NCBI RefSeq assembly: GCF_000150275.1
Contig: NW_002060965.1
Span: forward strand, 124,001 to 188,000
Length of the DNA stretch: 64,000 bases
From: Trichoplax adhaerens
Lineage: Eukaryota; Animalia; Placozoa
Reading direction: 5' to 3'
Both the position numbers and the translations under genes were made by a program. This document shows positions 40,501 through 50,202 of this stretch, piece by piece (positions within the stretch are counted from its first letter, which is position 1; every line of letters starts with the position of its first letter). The notes below the pieces were generated by a model. The model did not search any database. It was not told the origin of the DNA and saw only the letters and a list, made by a program, of their open reading frames with translations.

Positions 40501-42921
40501 CTCGGCAGTCTTTATATGTTAAGTTCGATCCATATGTAAAACCTTCCATGAAAAGTATGTTTCAAGTTCCAGATAGAGCTGATGTTGTTATCTACTAACG
40601 ATGATCATTGTTGACGTCATGATATCGTGATAATGTTATATATAATATTTTTATCTTGTTCCTATTTCCAGATCGAAATAAGTTTAAGCCTATGCCACCT
40701 TCCAAGTATGTTATTTGCATAGATTGTTTGTCAATGTTTAGTACATGGAATGTCACTGTACGATTTCGAGATATGACTAATGGTTATTTTTTGTATCGAA
40801 TCTTGCAGTGAAAATCTATTACTATTAGAAAGTCCAAACTCTTACATGACCAATGATGAAACGCAACCAAGTCCAACTGAGCAGGATGTCTCCTTACCGC
40901 AGGATACCGCTGTTCAGCGATCCGATGTAGACAAACTTTTATCTTTCAGTCCTCAAGCAGAGCAAAGTAATACTACAACAACTGCTACGGTACCTACTGA
41001 ACCAGGCGAACAAGAAATTTTCATTGATACCCAACCCTCTGTGGCCATCAATCAGCCAGTGTCAATACAAGTAATGTAAATTTAATAATATACCGGTAGC
41101 ACTTGTTACGCAATACGTAATACTATATACTATAAATTTTGCACATGTTATACATTAACATTTCCAGCCTTGTAAGATACTAAAAAGCAATTCAAATTAT
41201 TTTAAACTTGCAGCTACAAGAGACTCCAAAAAGTAAAAGTCAAAATACTGAAAAAACAGTATCTGACCAGAAGCCACAGGTTTTTACAGATTGATTCCTT
41301 AAAATTGCTTTTTATCGATGCATTTGGATGATAATATAGAATTAATCAATGGAAGAATTTCTTATTATTTTGTACCTAAACCACTTAGATTGAAAATAAG
41401 TCAAATGCAACGGCAAATACTTCAGAAGAAATTGAAAACTCAGTGGTAATTACTTGTCATTGAATAAAAAATTGCCTGTTAAAGATGTGGATTTGTTTAT
41501 TACTCTGTCTCTTAACAATTGCAACCTTGATATTTGATATTGCAATCTTAGACTGGCCCTACTCTAATGGAGACTGAAATTGTAAGTCAACAGTTACAAA
41601 AGGAAAATCAAAGTTTACGAAAGGAAATCAATGCCCTAAGGAAGGGACGTGAAATGGATCGGAAGGAAAATGAAGAGTTAAAGTGCGTTTAGATGACCAT
41701 TAAATTATAACTGAATAATGAAAACTAACTATTAGTACTAATATCGCATCCAAATAAATCTAGATATGTTATGAACGAATATGAAAGGACCATGAGCGAA
41801 ATGATTGGTATGGAATTTTACTATTAACTAATGTTTTAGTATTCACTCAATGAAAAATGTTCTTACAATGTAAAGAACAGTTATGATATACTAATCCTTG
41901 GTGTACTAGACGTGTGTGATGTAAATAAATCTATTCGTTCAAATATTAGTTCTCGTTATTCGGGAATTAAATGTTGACAATTCGAGGCTGTTTCTGACAC
42001 AATTACTAGTCTTACTGGTATTTTAGCTTCTTATCTATCAAAGCCATACTCAAATGTGAAATTGATGGATGTTATTATATAGAAACAACAGAAACCCAAA
42101 AGGCTGAGCATAACCGAGAAATTGAAGAAATCTGTCGTGAAAGAGACCAGGTAAATACCCATATGATGTCATATTTCCGAAATTGAATAGGTTTACAAAG
42201 TCGTCTTGTACCGTTTGATATGACTCATGTCTATAACAAATATACATAACAGGCACAAGCTGATATTAATTCTGTAGAAACAGCATTTTCCGATCTTCAC
42301 AAGAGATATGAAAAACTTAAGGGTTTCGTTGAAGGCTACAGAAAGGTATTCTGAAAGACAACGACTTGATGTTTAAAATTCGTAAACAGTTATGTAAAAC
42401 TATTTATATTGTTTTCACTAACCAAAATAAATGCTATTATCAAGAACGAGGAAACTTTAAAGGCTTGCATCGTAGAATATCAACAAAAATTGAAAAAAAG
42501 CGAAAAACGTTATCAAACTTTAAAGAATCATGCTGAAGAGAAAATTGATAGGTTTTCTATTAGCAGCAGTGTTGGCAGTAATCATAAAATTACCCTTTTT
42601 TTCTAGAAAAGTAAGCATAAACATTTCTGTTTTATCAATATAGCGCTAACAAAGAAATAATAAACGTCCGAAAAGGACAGCAGGCTGAATTGGCAGCTTT
42701 GCAAGCCGCTTTACGTAGGGAGCAGGCGAAAAATGCTGGATTGGAAAGTAGCTTAAAACAGAAGGTACTTTAAGCTCATTCTTGCTAGGATATCGAGAAT
42801 TGTACTATTTGCCGTCATTCTGTTAGCGCTTTAGTAACATGTTGGTTGCATTTTGCAGGCACAAGAGAACGCAGAATTAACATCGATATGTGATGAGCTA
42901 ATTGGAAAGATAGGAAAGTAA
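31599..42921 (+). CDS. TACC: TACC family centrosome/spindle coiled-coil protein (~761 aa)
   Basis: Proposed 18 exons: 31599-31778, 36682-36783, 37675-37718, 38221-38456, 39619-40173, 40327-40376, 40482-40554, 40672-40705, 40809-41070, 41214-41279, 41389-41445, 41552-41682, 41764-41807, 42083-42150, 42253-42345, 42445-42551, 42644-42764, 42859-42921. Motifs: LDYLEKIG, ARQSLYVKFDP, SVETAFSDLHKRYEK, YRKNEETLK, RYQTLKNHAEEK and ENAELTSICDELI. Exons 1-3 are less certain than the C-terminal exons. Confidence 0.9.
35375..36300. repeat. Tandem repeat, ~280-330 bp unit (2 full copies plus 1 partial), with internal GTACTGTAC microrepeats, in TACC intron 1
   Basis: CCGG.(C/T)CGGTCC.TTCCGGTCT.TACCTGTATCCA starts near 35388, 35720 and 36001. 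AGTCACCCATTCACA...ATCCATACAGA occurs three times. Confidence 0.9.
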
Positions 42922-44363
42922 TCGAAATAACTTGTATATATATATAAAGTCGGAGGCGAGAACAAATTTTGGTTATTCATTCGTTCCAAGGAATCCAGTG
43001 GAAGCAAAGTTAAATTTTATGACCTGCTAGTCACTGTACAGTTAATAATCAATATAATTCATTTTACAATGATCATTAAGAAAACATTTATTTAGTCATA
43101 TGGCCAACGCTCTGTTGTAGAACTTCCTACTGAACTTGCGTTCTTTTTAAGGCATAATTTGTAATGTATGAATTCTATGAAGTTGGAATGTTTCTATTTC
43201 AAATTTATCACCATACTTTATTGATCTTTTCATAATAAATTGTTGTTGAAGCTAATTCTTCATAAAGAAGCTGAATTTGGAGATTACAATAATTGCTTCG
43301 CTTTAATAATTAAATTAAACGACATTGAGATGAAATAAATGGCATTTAAAAGTTATGATTGTTTGATAAAGTCGCTATTTGTATTTTATTTCACCTGTTA
43401 TGCAAGCCGTACAGTACGAAGCATGCTGTTCAAAAAATTTTTCAAAACTTTTACGTCATTATATTATGCACCTTACAATTATTGCTGCGATAGCTGTAAT
43501 GGATTTAATGACTACCTGATAATCGTACAGAGTGCATTTTTGTGCTCAAACGTCCAGTATTTGAACGCACTTGCATCGGGCAAGAAACATCATTTACTTG
43601 GGAATATGCTATACACTTAATGTTGGCAGTATTATAGAGCTAAAAATCAGGTCATTATTGCTCAAAGTAGTATTTAAAACTTGCAGATCCATTAAATTAG
43701 CTATTCATATTTTTAAGCCAAAGTTAATAAAACTCGAGTTAGCTGATCAATGATAATTACATAATTGTAGTTTACACTTCCACCTATTCGGCTGTTCATA
43801 CCCTTGATAAAGGAATGTTTAAAAAGCATCCCTTGCTGAGATACGTACTTACTCATCAAGATCAAAATGTTGCTAATTTATGAGGAACAAGACTGTGGTA
43901 GAAGGTATTGATTTATGAAATCGTATAATTAATTAAAGGATAATTCCATCGGTACCTTTCTTCCTAGTACTGATTGAATGTTCGCTTGATGCTTTTGAAT
44001 GCTTTAATTAAATTTTATAAAAAGGATTTAAACAAATTTGCAATTGAGAATTAAATTATTCAAAATATTTTCTATTGTTGCCTCATTCTTATTGGCTGGT
44101 TGTACGGCATCAAATTATTATTTATATCAATATGTACCTTGGTGAGCCTATGGTAGTCATAGCAAAATAGAATAAAAAATAGTTCCTATCGAAAACTTTT
44201 TCCGTAAAGGTATAGTATCACATTTTTCTATCTACCGTTTAGAGAGGAAGGTTTTTCTAGTCCTATCGGAAAGGTTCCTGGGATTGGACTTTTCTAGTCA
44301 GCGGGAAACTTACCATTATAGTGTATTCTATCGATCAGCATATCGTGGCGATCCTTTAATTTA

Positions 44364-47042
44364 ATGATGAATATCTGTATAACTATTTTACTGGCTGTTT
44401 TAGCCTTGACGGTTGTTGATGGCCATATCCGTTTAAACTATCCGAAGGCAAGAATGTATGATTTTGACTTTTTGGATAATGTTCGAACTCGCAGCCCTTG
44501 TGGTATGCCAGAAAATGCTACTGGCACAGGTATCTTTAAAACTAAATTGATCACAGGCTCTAAGATTAGTATTACTTGGCACATGGCATTTCCTCATGGT
44601 GGTGGTTTTCGTATCCAAATTTTACATGGTAACGGAACAATTTTACATGAATTAACCCCGACAAATAATACCAATCCATGGTATTCTATCAGTAATTCCA
44701 CTATTCAGAGCTATTTGGCTACTTTACCTAGTGGTTTTACTTGTGATCATTGCATTATTCGACTAACACGTAATGCCAAGGAATGGTCCACTCCTAGTGG
44801 ACCCTATATATTTTGGAGTTGTGCTGATGTAGAAGTCAATAATTTCCAATGCAATCAGTTAAATTGCTATCATGGAGGGAGCATAGCATCGAATTGTAAT
44901 TCTGCTTCAGCAGTTTGTTCATGCCCCAATAATCAATTCTCGGGCGATCGCTGCCAATATATGAATGAATGTGAAACTTACGCAGACTGTAATAATAATG
45001 GTCTATGTGTAACCATTAATCAAGATTATTATTATCCGTTAAAGCAGTGCTTCTGCTCGGCTGGTTTCTATGGCTATAAGTGCTCTAAAACTTCCAATTT
45101 AACGGTGGTTATGCCTAATGATGTTTCCTCTTATTCCTACACGAAATTAGACAATAGCAGTGAAATCTGGTATAAAATTCTATCTGCTACTAATGAAGTG
45201 GAGGTTATTCATAAAACATTATCTACTAGTTGGGTAGGTTTAGGCTGGAGGCCACAAGGATTAAAAGCATCTTGCCAATTTTTCCCTCCTGGAGCGGCAC
45301 CATGTCTTATTAGTGGACCTGAAAGCGCTGTAGGTGAAGGAGGAAATCAACCAGAGGGCAATTCTGAAAGTACAAGTAAACCAGAAGGGGGTGCAGAAAG
45401 TACTGCTCAACCTGAAGGCAACGCTGGAAGTACCGCTCAACCCGAAGGCAACGCTGAAAGCACTGCTAAACCCGAAGGGGAAGGTGGAAGTTCAGAAAGT
45501 GGCGGCGCTGCTGGCAATCTTGTAACCCATGCCATGGATTGTACCGATATGGTGATTGGTAGTGCTCGAGGGAATATGTTTCGATTATTTGATTACTATT
45601 CGCGTGATCGTAGTACACCTCGAATGGATTCCTATTTTGGTGGAGAAGACAGTATTACTGCAGCGGTGGGCTCCGAAAGCAACGGCTATACCACATTAAG
45701 ATGGCGTAAGCAGTTAACTGCAGAAGGAACCACCGATCATACTATTCAGGATGAAGTATTGGATGTTATTTATGCTTATGGTCAAAAGTATCCTTACTCT
45801 CATCAATTTCCATCCGGTCTGCATAATTCGCATCGCTTAACCAATTACTATAATGATGATGAGCTCAAATATCACGGTTATCAAAATCGTGGACGTAAAA
45901 GTCTCAATTTTTTTGGTGATTCCAAGTTAGTTACTAATACTTGTAGTGGTAGCTGGAAAACTGGATGTACCGGCAATTCTTGTTCTAATAACTTACAATG
46001 GAATATTTACAATGATGGAACAGTCCATTTTACAATGTCAGCAGTAACGGATAAATGGATTGGTTTAGGTATTTCAAATGATCATAAGATGGCCAAGACC
46101 GACGCCATCGTTGGTTGGGTAGGGAAAGTTGCCCCTGTCATTACCGATCGCTACATATCTAGCTATGCTCCTCCACCAGTTGATGCTGTATCCAATGTTA
46201 ACTTACTTGAAGGATCGAAATTGAATGGTACCACTACATTAAAATTCTATCGTCCAATTAATACGAGTGACTCACAAGATATCAGTTTACATGGCTGCCA
46301 TTACTTTATATTTGCGATTGGTGGTCAATATACTGATTCTAATTTTGCCATTTCCAAGCATGCCTCGACTCCATTTATTACAAGTCGAAAAATTTGTATC
46401 GATGTTAATCAGTGTTCAAAGTCTTATTCACCGTTAGGTATTGACATCATGACTTCTACTCCTTGTAGTGGAAGCTGGGGTACACGATGCCTGAATGGCC
46501 AATGCGCTAGCAATCTACGCTGGAATGTCTATAACGACGGAACGGTGCATTTCCAGATGTCGGCTGATACTGATAAATGGCTTGCAATGGGTATTTCTGT
46601 GGATAAGAAAATGCCATCTTCAGATGCTATCGTAGGCTGGATATCCCAGGGTACTGCAAAGTTAAGAGATCGCTTTCTTAAAGGTTATTTTATACCTGCA
46701 GTCGATGCAATTACTAATGTCGATTTAATTAATGGTTCTCTCATCAATGGTATAACGACGCTAAACTTTAAGCGTGCTATGAACACCTCGGATTCACAAA
46801 ATGATGTTAGTTTGCATGGTTGCCACTACTTTTTCTTGGGCACTGGTGGTAGTTATGATGATAATAACCTTGATATTGGTGTCCATCCTCAAACACCAGC
46901 TGTCGCTAAAATTCCAATGTGTCTTTATGCTAGTCGATGTACACAATTTAGTCCACCAGGAACTGGCGCAGCTGGCACTATTTTTACTCTAATTCATTTG
47001 GTCATTGCTGTCTTAAGCGTCTTGATTAGTAGTATTTTCTAA
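44364..47042 (+). CDS. Secreted, probably GPI-anchored LPMO-like (N-terminal His) + 2xEGF + 3xDOMON protein, 892 aa, intronless
   Basis: Signal peptide ends ...VVDG|H (His at 44424). A second His lies in WHMAFPHGGGFRI, followed by TCDHCIIRL...FWSCADVE. Two EGF-like Cys patterns. DOMON signatures WVGLGW...MDCTDMVIG...YHG and twice WxGxGIS..KM...DAIVGW...H. Hydrophobic C-terminus with no cytosolic tail. Confidence 0.9.
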   Translation: MMNICITILLAVLALTVVDGHIRLNYPKARMYDFDFLDNVRTRSPCGMPENATGTGIFKTKLITGSKISITWHMAFPHGGGFRIQILHGNGTILHELTPTNNTNPWYSISNSTIQSYLATLPSGFTCDHCIIRLTRNAKEWSTPSGPYIFWSCADVEVNNFQCNQLNCYHGGSIASNCNSASAVCSCPNNQFSGDRCQYMNECETYADCNNNGLCVTINQDYYYPLKQCFCSAGFYGYKCSKTSNLTVVMPNDVSSYSYTKLDNSSEIWYKILSATNEVEVIHKTLSTSWVGLGWRPQGLKASCQFFPPGAAPCLISGPESAVGEGGNQPEGNSESTSKPEGGAESTAQPEGNAGSTAQPEGNAESTAKPEGEGGSSESGGAAGNLVTHAMDCTDMVIGSARGNMFRLFDYYSRDRSTPRMDSYFGGEDSITAAVGSESNGYTTLRWRKQLTAEGTTDHTIQDEVLDVIYAYGQKYPYSHQFPSGLHNSHRLTNYYNDDELKYHGYQNRGRKSLNFFGDSKLVTNTCSGSWKTGCTGNSCSNNLQWNIYNDGTVHFTMSAVTDKWIGLGISNDHKMAKTDAIVGWVGKVAPVITDRYISSYAPPPVDAVSNVNLLEGSKLNGTTTLKFYRPINTSDSQDISLHGCHYFIFAIGGQYTDSNFAISKHASTPFITSRKICIDVNQCSKSYSPLGIDIMTSTPCSGSWGTRCLNGQCASNLRWNVYNDGTVHFQMSADTDKWLAMGISVDKKMPSSDAIVGWISQGTAKLRDRFLKGYFIPAVDAITNVDLINGSLINGITTLNFKRAMNTSDSQNDVSLHGCHYFFLGTGGSYDDNNLDIGVHPQTPAVAKIPMCLYASRCTQFSPPGTGAAGTIFTLIHLVIAVLSVLISSIF
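45348..45480 (+). repeat. Coding minisatellite: 30-bp/10-aa PEG(N/G)xxST(A/S)(Q/K) repeats
   Basis: The translation reads QPEGNSESTSK-PEGGAESTAQ-PEGNAGSTAQ-PEGNAESTAK-PEG. It is absent from the paralog. Confidence 0.9.
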
Positions 47043-47829
47043 CTGGTTCTACGTGCAGCATGATTAATGGGATTACTGCTCATGCTAATATTGATTCATT
47101 ATTCGGGTCTATTTGAAATAGAATATCGTATAGCTGATTCATTGCAATTTAGTAGAGTAAGGATTGATTTGTAATCAATTGCCACTGCTAGATGGGCCAT
47201 TAATTTTAGATTATATGCAAGCCACAAGCTGTTGTTAAAAAATTCAGTAAGTGATCATATTAATCTCAATTCTGCTTCTTTTTTTTCGTTAACAAATATA
47301 TCATATAATGAATGATACCGATTCAAAGGAATTAAGAATTTATATGTATTAATTTCTTAAAGTAGAGTAGATTATGGTGAAAATAAAATTCAAAAAGAAA
47401 AGGTATCTTATAGCAATGTTTATTTCTCAACAACACTGTACTTTCAGAAGATAAAATATTATGCTTAATTTTAATTAAATTGAAAAGTCGAGTTGTTCAG
47501 TAAAGTGTATTTCTGAACAACCTATCTAACCCGTTGTATCAAATAAAGTAAGCATTAAAATTTAGAAATGTTAAAGTTTAATAAAATTTATCTCTGAATA
47601 GGACTTTTTTGACGCATACATGAATTTGCTTCAAGGATAAAATTTCAACCATTGAGGCATTAAGAAAGTCCATTTGGAAATGTTTAGTAAAGTTTTCTTT
47701 CGACATAGCATTATGAACGCATTTCGTAAATATGCGTAAATGACAATATTTCAATAAATGTACGCCTGAAGAACAAGATTAAGTAGTAGTCTAAAATTTT
47801 CTATTCAATCCAATAGTAAGTAAGTGTAC

Positions 47830-48460
47830 AGAATTGTCCGTCAAGTAATTTCATAGAGTAGAATCGATTGAGTCTATGGGTCTGTTTTATATCACCTACA
47901 ATGATAATTGCTATAGCTCAATTCTATCTTATGGTAATACCTATATAAACCTATATAGACATGTAGACATACCATGCAATACTGTATAGATTTAAATGTA
48001 AGGTATTCGCATGATATAGTAGAACCTAACAGATGTACGAATTAAGCTGTTGTATATCATCTGCTTTGATCATTTACTATAACTCGATTCTATCCTTTGA
48101 TTATAGCTATATAGATATAACTTGTAATGTAGATTTATCCGTTAAGTATTTTCATAAAGTAAAGTAAAACCTAATTGATACAAGGGTTTGGCGGTTGTAT
48201 ATCATGTACAAGATTTCTAATTGCTATAGCTCGATTCGATCTTTTGGTTATACCTATATAAACATGCAGACATACCATGCAATATAGATTTATCCGTCAA
48301 GTACTTTCATAGTGGAATAAAACTTAATTGACACGAATATTAGGCTGTTGTATATCATCTACAATAATAATAATTGCTATAGCTCGATTCGATCTTTGGA
48401 TTACATCCATATAGATATGTAGATGAACCATATGATATAGATTAACCGTCAAGTATTTTA
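47830..48460. repeat. Degenerate tandem repeat, ~150-bp unit, ~4 copies
   Basis: TTGCTATAGCTC.ATTC.ATC variants near 47909, 48076, 48221 and 48374. CCGT(C/T)AAGTA and TGTATATCAT also recur. Confidence 0.8.
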
Positions 48461-48974
48461 TGGTCTTATTACAGACAGATCGTGAGCTCATCACTTTTTT
48501 AACAAATAAATTCAAAATTATATATGCTTGAGAATTTTAGCATTAGTCAAATTTTATTATCCCATTCTGCACAGATTATTGAGCATGTCTGTCGCTTCTA
48601 GACATTATTAATTAAGGATAGAATACTAGAATACATATTAAAATAGAAATATGTTGGAAATTAGCTAGATATGTTTCGAAAGATTATCAAATCAATTTTC
48701 TATTCCAGTAAAATTTTTACAATAAACAGAGTAATCACTATAGTTTTAATTAAGCGTTTTCTACTGACTTTCAGAGTATAATCTCTCCCTGTATACTACT
48801 TTACATATTAATTTTCTCTGCTTCGTTCTATTAACCTATCCGAGAAAGGGTAAAGGGATATCGCTGAATTGTGACTTAAACTAGTTAATTCATAGTACAG
48901 CATGATACATCAATAACAGCTGCCGATGCTTCTTGATGCCCTCCCTTTTCCCCAATTATGGAAATCATCACAAG

Positions 48975-49375
48975 AAATGGACTCCTGTAGCGTATTGCTT
49001 GAAGTCCTCAGAAAAGTATCCTAGCAGCTTAATTCAATAACTAAATAATTTCCTTCCCGCAGTTTATTTGCTTTAAACCACTTGGTAAGTACCCTAGTTA
49101 CGTCATAAAAACGTAGCCGAATTATAAAAACATTCAGCCTAATTAATTCTCTCCTGTAGCTTATAGCTTGAAATTATGAAAATACCTAATCAAAGTGATT
49201 CCCTCCTGCGATATCATGCTTAGATTATTAGGAAAGCACCCAAATGGATTCCTTCCTGCAGCTTATTGCTTCAAAACATAAAGGAAGCAAGCAAAAAAAA
49301 GCGGCGAAATTATGCACGCACTGAACTAAATGGATTCTTTCCTGTAGTTTATAGCTTTAAATCATTAGAAATGTA
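48975..49375. repeat. Six degenerate copies of a ~30-bp motif with variable spacers
   Basis: (GGA)TTC(C/T)(C/T)TCCTG(C/T)AG(C/T)TTAT(A/T)GCTT.AA variants near 48978, 49049, 49146, 49198, 49245 and 49331. Confidence 0.7.
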
Positions 49376-50202
49376 TCCTGGCCGTCTAATTGGAAAGTCA
49401 TACAGACTCACTTGCTATGAATGATCAAAGTGGTATTAAAGTGTAAGTAAACACCATCTTTTCACACTTGTTTCCTAACGCAGACAATTAAATTCGATAG
49501 AGGCATTTCAAGGCAGAAATGGCCGAGGATAATACAGTAACGAGCAGTTAAATGAAACTTGATGATATATTACATCGTCGATACGAAGTAACTGCAACCT
49601 TCAACTCTATCGATATAAATGATAATTTAATCCCTCAACACATTATACCTTCGACTTTAATCGGGATTAAATTTCTAGCTATCATCGATATTTTTGTACT
49701 TGCTCTTAAAGAAGCCATTTGTATAATGTCTTAATCCAACTGATCATTGGAAGCTTATTGTATATTGTTGCCATCGTTTATTGACAGCAGTCTATTATGT
49801 CAATAAATTCACTCCGATAACCAATTGGAGCTCCTGCATTAAATAGGAAATTGTAACAATTCTAATTATATAATTAATTATTGATCCTCTACCATGCTAT
49901 GTTATTGTCAAGGATTAAACCAGATGATTGGTTCGTAAGGAGATTATCGTAATAATGCTATAGGTGAAAAATAGAGAATAAGGTCATGACTTTACGGAAG
50001 AAACTCTCGCCAGTATAATTATAATCCCTGAGCAGACCTATACAAAAATAGCAGGAAGCGAACAAAGGCCAAAAAATGACTATTTAATCATCCATTTACA
50101 TACTTTCTTTGTGCTGATTTGAACTTTAGATCCAATTTTAATCTATATCAACAAGAAAGGCGTTGAGAGAACGAATAGTGGTGATCAATCCATGTATTCA
50201 AG

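Noticed and set aside
48975-49375. CRISPR-like repeat/spacer appearance
   Set aside because: The repeats are degenerate with irregular spacing, there are no cas genes, and the context is eukaryotic.
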